Of a stretch of 64,000 nucleotides of DNA, positions 38,501 to 51,930 are shown piece after piece (the first letter of the stretch is position 1; each line of letters starts with the position of its first letter). The stretch is from Podospora anserina (taxonomy: Eukaryota). Below the pieces are notes generated by a model. That model worked only from the letters and a program-made list of their open reading frames with translations, did not search any database and was not told the DNA's origin. The stretch is from the NCBI GenBank assembly GCA_017654855.1, contig CM030336.1, positions 3,472,001 through 3,536,000 on the forward strand. The letters run 5' to 3'. The position numbers were made by a program, and so were the translations under genes.

Positions 38501-38921
38501 GGTAAAAGGGCGATATGCTGCCAAAAGAAGCTGTCACCTTGAATTCAATATTCCTACCTGCGTTTCTCCGCATGGCGGGGTAGCATTGCAGCTCCCCGCT
38601 GGCATGCAGCCATTGTCGTCGACATGCACATATCAAGCACACCATGTGCCAAGCCCTGTAGTCTCAACACGGTGAACTTCAACTTCAGTCTTATCTCAGA
38701 CTACCAATGTGTGATCCCGAGATCTCGGGATCACGGAACGGCGAGTTGTCTATCTGGAATGATAGCAAACATGCAGTCTCACCTGCAGTTCGCGCAGGTA
38801 TAAGACATGAGTGTCTCGCCCTCGACAAGACACCACCTTTTCTCATCACCTCACTCACCCCCTCATCCATCTGCATCTTCCTTTGAGTTCGAGTCTTCTC
38901 ACGAACCCAAATACCTTCGAG

Positions 38922-41255
38922 ATGCTCGCTGAGTCTCTGGTGGCGGCCCTCTTGGCCATCGCCCCCGTCTCTGCTCGTCCGGAACCCGACCTCTGGCGCC
39001 GCGCTGTGAGCGCTGCTGACGTTCGCACCTGCGCCCTCACCGACGAAGCTCCTCACGTCAAGGCTCCCAAGGCTAACGCCTGGGCTCCCATCTCTCCTCA
39101 GGATGTCAAAGATGTCTGGAAGTTTGTCCACGCTCCTGAGCGCGCCCTCAACCTCACGGACCCTGCCAACGCCACCCTGACCGACAACTACGTCTTCCTC
39201 GTCGATACCTTGTACCTCAACAAGACCCAGGTCCTCAGCTACATCGACGGCGATGCAGCTCAGCCTCCCAAGTATGCTCGTGTCGTCATCTTCGAGGGCG
39301 GCAAGGAGGAGCCTGTCTCTCAGGAGTACATGGTTGGCCCCCTTCCTGTTGGTGCTGAGACCACCATCGCCCCTTACGACTACCCCTTCAACGGCGGCCT
39401 TGGTGGCAAGATCCCCTACGATGGTCGCTACATGGATGGCAAGCGCACCGCTGGCTATCAGCCTCTCCTCAAGCAGGCCATGACTGATGTCGCCGACATC
39501 ACCAAGGCTCTCTTCAATGGTACCTACTACGGTGCCAGCGACCCCCGCACCGACATTGTCGCTGCCAACACTGGTCCCCACTCTCTCGATGGCTCCCAGT
39601 CCTGGATCACCATTATGTTCAGATACCCTGGTGCCGCCAGCTACGTCACTCCCATTGACTTCTACATCATTCTCGACATCACCGGCACCGACATCTCCAA
39701 GTACACCCTCCGCGGCTATGTCACCAACACCAAGTTCTTCAAGACTGCCGATGAGCTCCGCAAGGCCTTCGAGGCTGGCGAGATCATCAGCGAGTTCCCC
39801 CAGACCCGTGACCAGGAGTGGGCCCTTCTCAAGGCTGTCCCTGAGATGGGTGTCCGTGACCTTGACGACCGCATTGCTCCCCAGAGCATTGAGATTGGTG
39901 GCAAGCGCTACAAGCTCGACCGCGAGAACCAGTATGTTGAGTTCATGGGCTGGTCTTTCTACATGTCCTTCACTCGCATCCTCGGTCTCATGTTCTACGA
40001 CATCAAGTTCAAGGGTGAGCGCATCATCTACGAGCTCTCTCTCCAGGAGGCTGCTGCTCAGTATGCTGGCAACCAGCCCAAGGCTGCCAACACTGTCTAC
40101 CACGACACTTACTTCTCCATCGGTTCCACCTCTGCCACTCTCATCGAGGGGTTCGACTGCCCCTTCGGAGCCACCATGCTGAACGTCACCTACCCCGCCA
40201 ACGATGTCACCGATGTCCACCCCCAGGGTATCTGCCTCTTCGAGTCTGACTCCGGATACCCCGTTGCCCGTCACAGATATGGCAGCGGTGGCAACCCCAA
40301 CGGTTTCTCCAACATTGCCGCCGTCAAGAGCTCTGCTCTCCATGCCCGCACCATCGCCACCATTGGTAACTACGACTACCTCTTCGACTATGCTTTCCAC
40401 GTTGACGGCTCCATCGAGATTGAGGTCCGCGCTTCCGGCTATCTCCAGTCTTCCCCCTACTACAAGGACCAGACCAACTTTGGCGCTCGTGTCGGCCTTG
40501 GCACCCAGGGTTCTTTCCACGACCACATTCTCTCCTGGAAGGCCGATTTCGATATCATCTCCACCAAGAACTCCCTCCAGCGCACCGATCTCATCGTCGT
40601 CAACCAGACCCAGCCCTGGTTCCCCGAGCTCGGCGAGTTCGAGCAGATGGAGCTCAAGGCCTACAACATGGAGAAGGAGCAGCAGTTCAACTGGGCCCAG
40701 AACGGCCAGAGCATGTTCTGCGTCGTCAACGACGAGGAGAAGAACTCCTGGGGTGTCTCCCGCGGTTACCGCCTCGTGCCCGGCCGCAGCAACGTCCACC
40801 TCAGCACCCACAACTCCCCCTTCTCCAAGCACTCCTCCCACATCCTCAAGTCTCACCTCGCCGTCACCCAGCACCACGACAACGAGCCCTATGGCAACTC
40901 GTGGCAGAACGTTAACCTGCCCCTCAAGCCCCAGCAGGACTTCTCCAAGCTCTTCAACGACGAGAGCGTCGATGGTGAGGACATTGTTGTCTGGTTCAAC
41001 CTCGGCATGCACCACTACACCCGCTCTGAGGATATCCCCGTCACCCTCTACTCCGAGGCCGTCTCCAGCATAGTGTTCGCTCCCCAGAACTTCCACGACC
41101 GCGCCCAGGAGGGTGATCTCCAGAACAGACGCTGGATCACCTCCAACGCCACCACTGGTGAGATCACCTATGAGGACCAGGGTCTTCAGCTCCCCACTTG
41201 CAATGTTGTCCTCGAGGAGCCCGCTACCAAGATTCTTCCTTGGCTCACGATCTAG
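38922..41255 (+). CDS. Secreted copper amine oxidase
   Basis: Signal peptide, TPQ consensus TIGNYDY, Cu ligands in SFHDH and GMHH, strong C-ending codon bias, no introns. Confidence 0.93.
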   Translation: MLAESLVAALLAIAPVSARPEPDLWRRAVSAADVRTCALTDEAPHVKAPKANAWAPISPQDVKDVWKFVHAPERALNLTDPANATLTDNYVFLVDTLYLNKTQVLSYIDGDAAQPPKYARVVIFEGGKEEPVSQEYMVGPLPVGAETTIAPYDYPFNGGLGGKIPYDGRYMDGKRTAGYQPLLKQAMTDVADITKALFNGTYYGASDPRTDIVAANTGPHSLDGSQSWITIMFRYPGAASYVTPIDFYIILDITGTDISKYTLRGYVTNTKFFKTADELRKAFEAGEIISEFPQTRDQEWALLKAVPEMGVRDLDDRIAPQSIEIGGKRYKLDRENQYVEFMGWSFYMSFTRILGLMFYDIKFKGERIIYELSLQEAAAQYAGNQPKAANTVYHDTYFSIGSTSATLIEGFDCPFGATMLNVTYPANDVTDVHPQGICLFESDSGYPVARHRYGSGGNPNGFSNIAAVKSSALHARTIATIGNYDYLFDYAFHVDGSIEIEVRASGYLQSSPYYKDQTNFGARVGLGTQGSFHDHILSWKADFDIISTKNSLQRTDLIVVNQTQPWFPELGEFEQMELKAYNMEKEQQFNWAQNGQSMFCVVNDEEKNSWGVSRGYRLVPGRSNVHLSTHNSPFSKHSSHILKSHLAVTQHHDNEPYGNSWQNVNLPLKPQQDFSKLFNDESVDGEDIVVWFNLGMHHYTRSEDIPVTLYSEAVSSIVFAPQNFHDRAQEGDLQNRRWITSNATTGEITYEDQGLQLPTCNVVLEEPATKILPWLTI

Positions 41256-42159
41256 GGGTGGTTTACGATCTGAATGAAGAACACAGGAGTTGAGGGAAAG
41301 AAGAGGAAGATTTCTTTGGTTATGATTTTTGATGAAACGACACGATCTTTACTTAATATTTTGCATGCCTTATGACGGACACACACACATTGGGAATACT
41401 GGAACTAGTTGGGAACGCATACAACAGTTGATGACGCTGGGGCTCATACCACTCGCTTTATGATAGATATTTACGACGATGTACATAGATGCATAGACTA
41501 TAGACTTTGGGGAGACAAGTTGATGGGGAGGTGGAGGAGAGGAGAGGGAAGAAAAGGTTGTTAATATTGTGCTTTTGTGCAGCACTTCTGGGGAGAGCGA
41601 GACTGTGGATATGAGAATAAGAAGTACATATTTGCCATTCATCATTTGGCACGCATAAACTTTTGTACCGTAGTTTACGGAGGTCCACAAGAATTTGTGG
41701 ATGCTTCCAATTTCCTGATCGCGAGACAAGCAAAATCCGAGCCCACCTTTTCGATTTCCTCTTTCGGATGCCAGGAGGCCGCACTTAAGTCTAGCGTTAT
41801 GGAGTATGCCAAGCACAACAGCTACGGTCAACCGCAGTTAACATCGACGATCAACAGCCACAGTTGCGCGAGCCGTTCAGAGGATCCAGGCACGCCAGGG
41901 CAGGTGAGTTGATAGCTGTCGCAAGCCATGGTGTGAGAGCTGTTGAGAGGGCCTAGGGCATGTAGGCTGATAGGTGTAGGTGCCGTCGTAGGTGCCAGTG
42001 AGAGTGCCAGTAAAGCCCTGGGCACCTTGATAGGCAGGTGCGTAGTGCGTTAGTTGGCAAGCAGATAGGTTGATTGCCCTGTTGAACTGGGCCCTGGGCA
42101 GGTTGGATGTACGCTTTGCCCCACAGGCCCTCACCTCAGCGCCCGGCCTACAGCCTCCT

Positions 42160-44074
42160 CCCTTCTGTAAACCCCGTGGCGTCATAGTACATGCAGCTTA
42201 GTAAACTCGTCTAAATACTGCAAAGATGTAGATAGAGTCCTCAGAGATGAATTAGGCGTCATCTACGTCGGGCTCCCTCAATTCCACGAAACATATTTCG
42301 GACGGGTGCTAGATCTTAAGGCAGCATCCGAGGCCGTCTTCAAGAAGTGTAAGGAGGGCGACGAACTACTTTTAAGTAATGGGTGGAGCGGATGGCCGAG
42401 AGATATAAACCTGGACGATGTTTTAAGCTGGTTTGCAGAGCTAAGTGAGAAGCTGGCGAGGCTTGCAGAAGATTACATGTCTATCCCGACACATCGACGA
42501 AGGCCACTAGCACAACCCGACAAGCCAATCCCGGGCTCCACTGCGATACGCAAGTTAGACATCGGCTTCGTGGATGACCCAAAGGCCGGGAAGGACTCAC
42601 AATACCACTGGTTACAAATCCTGGTACCAGGCGAGCTGAAAGCAACCCAGACGCCGATATAGCGGCTCAGGCGGGGCAAGGTCTATAGACCTTGCCACGT
42701 ATACGAAGGAAGTCTTCGCTGCTCAAGACACCGGTCGTTTTATTTTAGGCTTTACTATTTGCGGATCTTTTATGAGGATATGGGAGTTTGATCGGCTTGG
42801 CGCTAGTGTATCGGAGAGGTTTAATATTAACGAAGATGGGTGGCGCTTTGTATTTACGGCCCTCGGGTTTCTCTAGATGAATAAAGAGGAGCTTGGCTTC
42901 GATCTAACATTTATAACGGCTAACGGCCAGCGATTCATCGTGATCGAGCGGAACGGCTCGAAGGAACGGCTCATCATTTATAAGTTGATGCAACGAGCAC
43001 GTTAGGTTGCCGGTCAGGCTACAACATGCTGGAAAGCTCATGCCCAAGGGCAGTCATATATACCGCTCGTCATTAAAGATTCATGGCAGTATCCGGAACG
43101 CGTTGATGAAGGTGAATTATGACGCGGGGCGACCAGTCAACGTCATCAACGTTGCCAGGTATTATTACCACGAAACGGTTCAGATATGTGGAACGGATGA
43201 CGACGCCCGACATAACGTCCGAGGAGGACTAGACTTCACCAGCGCCAAGACTTACCAGCAGAAACAGTCAACCCCCCGGGCCTCAGTTTTGCGAAAACTG
43301 CGCAGCAGCAGCGTGGCTGCTGGTAAGAAACGATCGTCCAGTGAAGCCGGCGCCCCTCTGCCACACAGCAAGCGGTCTTGCTCGGCATCTCAAGCTAGCG
43401 GTAATCTGTCAAATCGGGTGCATCATCGTGTCATTATTCGCGACTATGGAACTCCTATCTACAGGACTAACTCCCGAAGGTCTCTGCTTGCCGTACTTGA
43501 AGGCTGCATTGAAGAGCACGAATCACTACGTAAGGCCGGCATCCTACACAGAGACATCTCTATCAATAACCTCCTGATCAACGAGGATATCAATAATCCC
43601 TCCTGGCCTTTCTTTTTAATTAACCTGGATCTTGCCATTAACGGGGAACGAGAGGGTGCGTCCGGTGCCAATACGAAGACAAGCACGAAGGCATTCATGG
43701 CAATCGGGGCACTTCTAGGCGAGCAGCATTCTTTCATGCACGATCTCGAGTCATTCTTTTGGGTGTTGTGGTGGATATGCATTGACCATGAAGGGCCGCA
43801 CGAGCATAGAGTTAACGCATGGTTCAACTCACGAAATTACATGGACATAAAGGGGTTAGCGATTCAGAAGACAGGGCTAGTAAGCCACGAGGGGGACTTC
43901 CTCAGGATCGCTAACGAGTATTTTACTACTTATTATCGGCCACTGATACGTTGGGTCGACCGGTTACGGAAAGTTGTCTTTCCAAATCGTGGAAGGTGGG
44001 AGAGAGAGGACACAGGGCCATATTTTCAGATGCGGCAGATCCTTCAAGAAGCCCAAATGGATCCGGCTATCTAA
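42160..44074 (+). pseudogene. Fungal-type protein kinase (FunK1/SgK1-like) pseudogene
   Basis: TPWRHST..DVDRVLRDELG, RKLDIGFVDD, ILVPGELK, MRIWEFDRLG, ATTCWKAH, GILHRDISINNLLI, FLINLDLA, FMAIGALLGEQHSFMHDLESFFWVL. In-frame TAA/TAG stops and frameshifts. Confidence 0.85.
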
Positions 44075-44627
44075 GCAAGAGCCAAGAAACCTGGTATTTT
44101 TGTAACTACATTGCTTTATTGTCTGCTCGTTTCAGTCGATTCCCTATAACATAGAGTTATGATGTATCCAAATAAAGGCGAGCCGCACCATCTCGTAGAC
44201 GAGGACTGCATCTGCCATTACTATTTGTATATTCGGTGCGCCTTTGAGTATCATATATGTCGTTGAGTGAGGTAATCGAGTGAGTTTCATTTGCTGCAGC
44301 TAGTGTCCCTTATTTACTCTTTGAACGAGTAACGGCGCTTCATGTCACTGTCAACGTCGCTGCATTTTTAGCCTGGATGTTACCGTCATTGGGTATGACA
44401 TCGTCTGGGAAATTTGGCAATGACAAAAAGGCGATGAGTAAGGCAAAAAAGACCCTGGATCCCTAATCTTACTGCCTTGCCTACCTAAACATGTTGATTG
44501 AAGAATCAGGTAACCGCTCAATTATATGGCAGGCTTTCTGGCTATGAACCTAAACAGCCGCAAACTCTACGTTTCCGCCTATGCCCGATCTAAGATTGTG
44601 CCCATATCTTTCTTTTGAGGGTCAAGT

Positions 44628-47600
44628 GCTGAGCCGTAATATCCCAGTCGAGTTAAAAACACATGCTCTGGTGACACTTTTGCTTGCTCAGAATAGACCC
44701 CTGGCTACATATTACCACGATAGAGAATATAGCCACTTTCATACTTTTGCACTTTTCTAGCAGCTAGTCTAAACCAGAACTTGCAGAAATTTACCTTGCA
44801 AGATCTCGCTGCCATTAAAAATGAAGCTATTCCCACCTTGAAGACCAACCCCCAAATACGAAGTCTACCCGGGTGATGCTCCAGCCCTTAGATACCATTA
44901 GTCAGCTCTGCCTTCTTCAGTCTCCTAGGCAAAGCATTGTCTTCGAGGAAAATAAACCTCAAGAATATGAGAATATACACATCAGAGCTGGGTTAGACAA
45001 AGACAGATGTAAATGAGGGATGTGCCCAAGTAGTGCTCTAATAACGTGGGCGGAATGATCTTGTCTCCAACGTGCCTGTTACATTCAATCAGCCGCTGTC
45101 ATTATCCAAGCAGAAAAGTGAGGCAAACGATCTCGTCCCTCGCATCTTTGCATGTCATTCCTGTCTGCACGACCTGCAGGTTATTACACATTGCGGGAGC
45201 GTAAACCAATCAACTATAGTATACTAGAGCCGTGGCCAGCCTTTTTTTCTGAAGACAAAAGAGCCGCATTGCGCTATAGTAGTGCTGAGCCGTAACGCGT
45301 TATGCCCATGTTCGAGTGGGATAAATTTGAGAACGAAAAATGGCCAGTTCAGAAGGTCGTTGGGTAGGCCGATCATTACAAAAGCCAGGCCAGTCAGGAT
45401 GATTTCGAATATTGGACCATCGGTCGCTTCCGATTAGCCAACAAATCCCCTGCTGATTCAAGAACCTAGTGAAGAACCAAGAGAGAGCAGCTTCACATTC
45501 CTGCTTCTCTTACTGGCTTAGCATGCATCTAGCAGTCACCCTGTCCACAAAAGAAATAACACCCGAGTAGGTTTACCCATATTATATTATTATAAACCTT
45601 ACCTTATGAGATAATCAGTATCCTTTTAAAGATAGTTAATAGGTCTCTGATGATAATTAAAAGGCGTCCGGAGATATTGAAAAGGCCTATTAATCTTGCT
45701 CTTCAGGTATAGTTTACAACCTATAGGGGCTAACTTACTCTGAGTGTCTCAATTATTTTATAGAGAGAGTGACAGTGCATCATGCCGTGACACGTAACCA
45801 GAAACTGACCTATCAGCCGTGTTTTTTTATTAGAGCAAAATCCCAAGTCGACGTCACCATGCAGGAACGTGAGGAATTCTCTTTCACCCCGAGCATTGTG
45901 GCCAATAAACATTGACATGCTAGAGCCTTGGCCTGTTTTTCCATTTCAAACTGGCGGCTTGGTGTGGTGCAGTTTTGTCCGCTGAGACGTAATATCCATA
46001 TGCGGGTGGGTTTGATTCACAAACGGTAAAACTCCCCATCGGTGCAATATGAAGACGTACAAGTGGGAGTCACCAGAGATAGCAGCTGCCGTAGCCTTGA
46101 GATGTTCCTAAATAGTTGATAAATTACTTGAAATTAGGTCTCCCTGCCCGGGTCGTCGAGAACAATATCAAGAATGTCCAATAATCAGTTTATTGAATGA
46201 AATACGTTTAACTTGGGCTTTCATGTTGTGGTCAGGCTTGAATGGCGCTTCCAAATTAATCTTCCCACAAGGTGAGCGGGCCACGTTAAGAAGAGAGAGG
46301 TAAGCACTCAGGGTGTCTGCATCTACTTCGAAGTGATTGGCCAGTGAAAATAACGGCTCAGCTAATATAGTGTGTTTAGGCCACCGGATGAACCAACACA
46401 ACACACTGTGCATAGGTTGGCTGATATCTAACTGGCTATGTGCCCTGCACAATGTCCTCAAAACAGATCTCCGCTCGATGGCACCAAGGGACTGCATCGG
46501 TTGATGCCTGAGCCGAAGTGAGTCTTGGCCAATTAGCAGCGACAAGTCTTATGACTCCGCCACTTTTCGTTTCAGTGTTCATGCAAGTGTCGGTTGCTGA
46601 GCCGTATCCCCCCCCCCAAAATCATGGAGTTCTACGAAGAAAGAACCCTAAGCTCAAGGTAGGTAGATGACTGCCACCGCTCTTTAAACCAAGTTCGATA
46701 AAGCCTTCCATGACATCGGCTTCCCTCTGAAGCTTCCATCCATCATTTCCAAAACGGTCTCAATTATTAGAACACGGCCAGCTTGAATGATGCAAGCAGT
46801 ACTTTAAAATATTGCAACCACAAAATGTACCTTCCCCTTGAGCAACGATTTGAAGACGTCCCGCGTGGTAATTTTAACAGGTGCCGGCTACCAACGTGAC
46901 TCAACATGCGGCGGGCAAAATTTACGGCTCAGCCGTGCAGCTTTTGGAGGGGTAAGATGAAAAGAAAAGTATGCCTTCCTCTGATCTTTTTGGACTTTCA
47001 TTGGTTAAGTGGTACAGGACGCAGTTTGACGCGAAACACACCGCCATCACTGCAGGTTTGGCTACCCAATGAAAAGCAAGGGATTTCACTGTTTCCGACT
47101 TCGAGAGCTCCAAACTTTGAGGGGTCGCTGAGCCGTAGTCTTCTGGTACTGCGGTACTCTAAGCCCTTGGAATAGGCGGTGTTAACATATGGCCAAGTGC
47201 CATCATTTACCCTGATTTGAAAGGTGATAGCGACTTGATCAGAACCATGCTTCACTGAACTGCTAGAAGTTGGGGGGACAGAACTGACAGGCTCCGGACT
47301 TGGAAGATAGCCGAGGCAGATTCTTTACCCACTGTGCTGTGTTTTTTTGCCAGCCGTGGACTTGAGAGATGAATTCTGCCTCGAAAATCACGGCTCACAG
47401 AGCTCCGCCACTCCGATAGCTCCGCCACTCCGAGTCAAGGATGAAAAATGGCCAGTCCTCATCCACCTCTCCATTCCATTGGTTACTCGTATGCGCATGA
47501 CGCGTCCTGGGGTGAAAAACTTGTTAACACCACCCTGCTGCATATCTTGGCAACGTCTTGAAGAAAGCCTTGCATGCTGGAGACGGAAATTCCTGTTGCT

Positions 47601-47870
47601 CCCTGAACAAGTGCACAAGAATGGCTAACGCTCTTCGGAAGACAAGACATGCATGCACCTTTCGGTAATTGGAAGGTCTTTGATGGTTGATGAAACAGTC
47701 CATATTAAGGCACAAAGGTTCAGCATGTATTGGCTGTCTCACAGTCTGTATGTTTGATGAGGATAACAAGCGACCAGAAGATGACATTGTCCTGTCTTCT
47801 GACAAGTGTCAATGCTGTATTGACTTCGAAACACCGCCACCGTAGTTGGGGAAACATATTACGGCTCAGC
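44628..47870. promoter_or_regulatory. Dispersed cluster of the motif GCTGAGCCGT(A) / (T)ACGGCTCAGC
   Basis: Exact 10-mers: + orientation at 44628, 45284, 46596, 47127; - orientation at 46353, 46924, 47861. One-mismatch copy GCTGAGACGTAATATCC at 45981. A regulatory role is inferred. Confidence 0.7.
45565..45740. mobile_element. Small AT-rich element with imperfect TIRs and internal 21-bp units (MITE-like)
   Basis: Left GAGTAGGTTTACCCATAT; right (reverse complement) GAGTAAGTTAGCCCCTAT. Internal AGG(T/C)(C/G/A)T cores at 45641, 45662, 45683, 45705. Related to 56483-56642. Confidence 0.6.
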
Positions 47871-48547
47871 GTGATGTTTTGCAGATCTTGTCGATCCTCA
47901 GAAACGAAAGGGAAATATAGCCACGTAGTCTTTGGTAGTCACCTCATTGGTTCGGCAGCCCACACATGGGCATCTAGGACCTTGATCAAGACTTACTAGA
48001 TCCCTACTCGGTAGATTGATTAGGGACTCAAGGCTTGTTGAGCAAGAAAACAACATGCAAATGCAGCCACCTCTGACCTAGGTATTGGCCTGCAGCCCAC
48101 CGCTTTAGTTTTGCATGAAGACGCATGCAGAAGGGCTCATAGCACAATGATTGCTCTCCTGGCGAGAGTCATAATACTTTCTGGCTTTTCACAAAACAAT
48201 CAAGTGTTGACATCTGCTCCTTTCTTTTCAATTCTTTTTTTACCTAACCTCGGTGAGTTTGAGGTAAAATCGGCAGAGCCGTCATCCAGCGCGCGCATGG
48301 CTTGATTTCGGGTTTGCTCACCGTAGACTCGGGATACATATTTATGGGATCCAATTTACCAAGTCAGATCAATGTGATAGCTAATGAGGGTGTAGCGACA
48401 GCTTGAAACAATGCTCAGGTACTCTATTTGCGCTAGTCATAAGAGAAAGCTAAAGTCGTATTGTGAAAGAGGAGCAAACAAAGAAAGAGAAGGGCCGTTC
48501 AAGGCGACTACGTGATACCCCTTCAGATGGCGCCTTAAGACCCGCGT

Positions 48548-51500
48548 TTATCCACGCTTTTCGACCCCAAATAACCCCTATTTTCCTGTTAGCATTTCTT
48601 CATAACATCCACCCATAGAGGCGGGTGAGGTAGGAGAGATATACCAGAAGCGAGTCGAGCTGTTCCGCTCTAATCCCACGCCTGCGCTTTCCAAAGCCTC
48701 CACTGGCTAGTTGAAGTTTTGCCTCTTGTCTAGAGAGAACATTGCTCTGAGAACACATACCATGTCAGGGAATTTCCTTCTGCGATCCATGCCCCAGGAA
48801 GATGTTGGGGTGTACTTACATCTTCAATGGTGTGCTTCACGATATATCGTACTATTGCCACCTGTTCTGTTTGCCCCAGACGTAAAGCTCTGCCAATGGC
48901 CTGGAGTTCAACGGAGGGGTTCCACTGTGGCTCCATGAGATAGATACGACTTGCGACGGCGAGATTGAGTCTGCGAGAAAGAGGTATTAGTTTTGCAGTG
49001 CTTGGGAATGTAGGACTGCTCTGCCCACCCGACTGCCCCTGTTCCCAGTGTCATCAGGAGGACGTTTGCGCCAGATGAAGATCGAAAATCTTTCAGAATG
49101 CGGATCCGCTCACCGAGCGACAGTGAGCCATGGATACAGTAGAACGGAATGCGATAGCTTGTCAGAAGCTCTGATATTAGGTTCAGGGTTTTTTTCCAAG
49201 ATGAGAAAATAATGCTGGGTTATTAGAGGGTCAGCACTTGGATGTTTTTTCTGCATGGGACAGCTTAGGTCATCCGTACCTCTTCTGCGATAAGTGCATG
49301 GAGATATCCTTCAAGAGAGCCAGGAGCTTCGAGGGGTATTGAGTAGGTATTTTTGGAGTTGTATGACTAGTATTGCCAAGAGGAAGAGAATGCTGGACTT
49401 GTCCGACAGGGTGAAGGGGACATTGGCTGTCTGCGGCGTGGTATTGCGGCATACAGGCGCGACAGACAAGGTGCAGACAATCCGGGAGAAGTAGGCCTCC
49501 GTCGGTATCAGGCCTGTCGTTGATGGAATATACTTGCCTAAAACAAAAAGAACAATCTGCCTCGTTGTTCTGCTGTAGGTAACTAAGCACTTCGTCCATA
49601 TCCATTTGGGGCATTGGCGAGGCCGTCCCCGACTCTCGCTTGGGGATTCCGTTGTTGCAAAAAAGTCGAAGTTTGAGCAGTGATTCCAGAACTGTTGAGT
49701 TCAGCTTTCCTCGCCCATGTCCACTCACTGCCCTATCAATCTCACGTCGGCATTGTTGTTCTATATTTTTGTACTCCTGGCGTTCTGCTGGAGTGAGCTC
49801 AACACCTCTCAGTTTCGGCTCTGGATCTGGCAACCCGAGAATATCTCTGGTTCGCCTCAGACAAATGCTTCCCAAAAGCACACGGAGATTCTTGAACCGC
49901 TCCCGTGACTTGGCTGTGGATAAGTTAGCAATATACTTTCGAAACGTTGCTGGGTTTTCGACGCTGGGCACCCTGAGAAAGGATACCAGAGCCCCGAGAT
50001 CATCGACTGCGTTCTGGATAGGTGTCCCTGTTAGACACCATCGATGTTGAGCACGTAGCTCAGCTGTGGCTTGGTGTTGCTTTGTTGACGGATTTCGAAT
50101 CTCATGGGCTGTGGACAACCCAGGTCAGCAAACACAAGGTCAAGCGTGGAGATGGTTGACACACCTTCATCTAGCACGATCCTAAACCAGTCAATGAAAC
50201 GCAAAACAGCCTGCCCTTTACGTAGCTCAGCAGCAACAGTTGCATATGTAGTCAATACAACATCGTTTTCCAGCAGTTGTTTTCGGCTTCTGTCGTCCTG
50301 TCTTCCCTGACCGTGGTGCTTGTGCCACGTAATATAGCCGGGGTAAGTGTGTCTAGGACATGTCAGTTCCAGACAGACATTCTTGTTGTGACAATCTCAT
50401 CACTCACTTCCGAATTTCATCAATCCAACTGTCTATAAGCACTAGAAGCATGTTAGGTTCATGTCGCAGGCGGGGCGCGGTATTCTTTGCTTACGTGAAG
50501 ACGGGCAAACGACTAGGGTTGATCTTGATGCCACCACGGCTGCAGACCTCTGCCCGGGATTTTTGCCTTGAGAAAGGAATGCGCTCGCGCGGCCCATAGA
50601 TCCTGCAATCGTCGACAGGACCACTAGAGTTTTTCCAAGACCCATGTCATCTGCGATAATTCCCCCTTGTACATCCCTCGCCTCTTTGGACCTCCCACCC
50701 GTAATTATGTGCTGATATCTGGGACAACGTCAGTATCCCGATGCCGGTAATAGCGTAAAGGAGCCGCATACAAGCACTCCTCCAAGTCCGAATCATCATC
50801 CTGACACTTCTCCCAGAGACTCATCTCGGCGGGAAGGTCTCCAGTCTCGCGTCTAAGAATAAAATCAAGAGCTTCGGCCTGGTGGCTGTATTACATGTAT
50901 TAGTAATTGACCTTTCAAGCATTCAAAGGAGACAACACACTCGAGCAGGGTCGTTCTGATGATGCTTCTGTCTGCCACAGACTTAGCAAGGATGCTATGA
51001 TATGATAAAGAGTTGAGAATGCTATTGATCTCCGCAGTATCGTTGGTGGGCTCGACCTCGTTTTGCATCACTCTTTTAATTGGGTCGTTTGCTGGGGAGT
51101 GCGAATTGTGAGACTGGCTGTTGTGAAGGGCGATGGGGGTCTCAGAAACCTCTTTCCCGAGAACCTCTTCTAAATGAAGATAATGAGGATTGTAGTAAGT
51201 AAAGCCGTCAAGCCCGAACTGTGGTTGTTGCAGGAAAAGTTGCGCCTTGGACAGAACTCTACCAACATCAGCTGCATGTCGTCGGCGACCGTATATGTTG
51301 AGATCAAAGTTGACGACGGCCGACATCCTTTCTCGCTCCCAGCGACGCATCATCCTCACCCACTCCTCATATGAGATGAAGGCCTGCAGACGTAATTCTA
51401 CGTCGCGGGAAAAGGCTCGAAAGTGTTGACACACTTTCTTGTTTAGAACGGCAAACTTCAACCCCTGAAAGTCGAGCGCATAAAAGGCGCCTTGCTCAAG

Positions 51501-51930
51501 AATATCAAAACACTGGAATGGTGAGAAGGTGGCATCATAACGGATAGGAGGTTGTGTCCGCAGTTGAGCCTTCAAGTCTGGTATCTGGAAAATGTGAGCA
51601 TTCCTGGTTTGCACTCATACAATAGTGGCTTTATACACTTCCAAAGCAAATATCTGCTTCATCGACAGTATGCGTTGTGGTGCTGATCACGACATTAGCC
51701 TCGAGATTGAGGTGTGCAGCGGTGGTATCCCACAGTTCAGGTGACTTCCCGGCCGGCTGATAGCTCGTGTGTGGATATGCGTCGCCATCATATTGCCCGT
51801 CGAGCAAAGGATCGTACTGTGGTTCAATGTGTTGGCGTATCGCATGAGACTGATCACATTGCCAAACTGCGTCAGGCTCCGTGTCTTGATGGTCATTTGC
51901 GAACGGATACGGCCTCTTGGTAGGAAACAT
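48548..51930 (-). CDS. SNF2-family helicase with RING finger (Rad5/Rad16-like), multi-exon
   Basis: IIADDMGLGKT, TLVVCPSS, VVLTTYATV, WFRIVLDE|AHEIRN, WCLTGTPIQN; RING CSFC..CLHLVCRAC..CPLH; LLMTLGTGAVG|LNLAVASRIYLMEPQWNPSVELQAIGRALRLGQ. Frame breaks coincide with probable introns. Predicted ATG 51930, stop 48548. Confidence 0.88.

Noticed and set aside
38691-41096. 801-aa antisense ORF overlapping the amine oxidase
   Set aside because: Shadow ORF caused by strong C-ending codon bias on the sense strand; V/G/E-rich with no motifs. The same applies to 60547-61479.
44628-47870. Motif cluster as a CRISPR-like array
   Set aside because: Repeats are only 10-17 bp, in both orientations and irregularly spaced by 200-750 bp; eukaryotic context and no cas genes.
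46168-47999. Short ORFs inside the motif tract
   Set aside because: 60-125 aa with no motifs; the 10-mer falls on different strands and frames, so it is not a repeated peptide.
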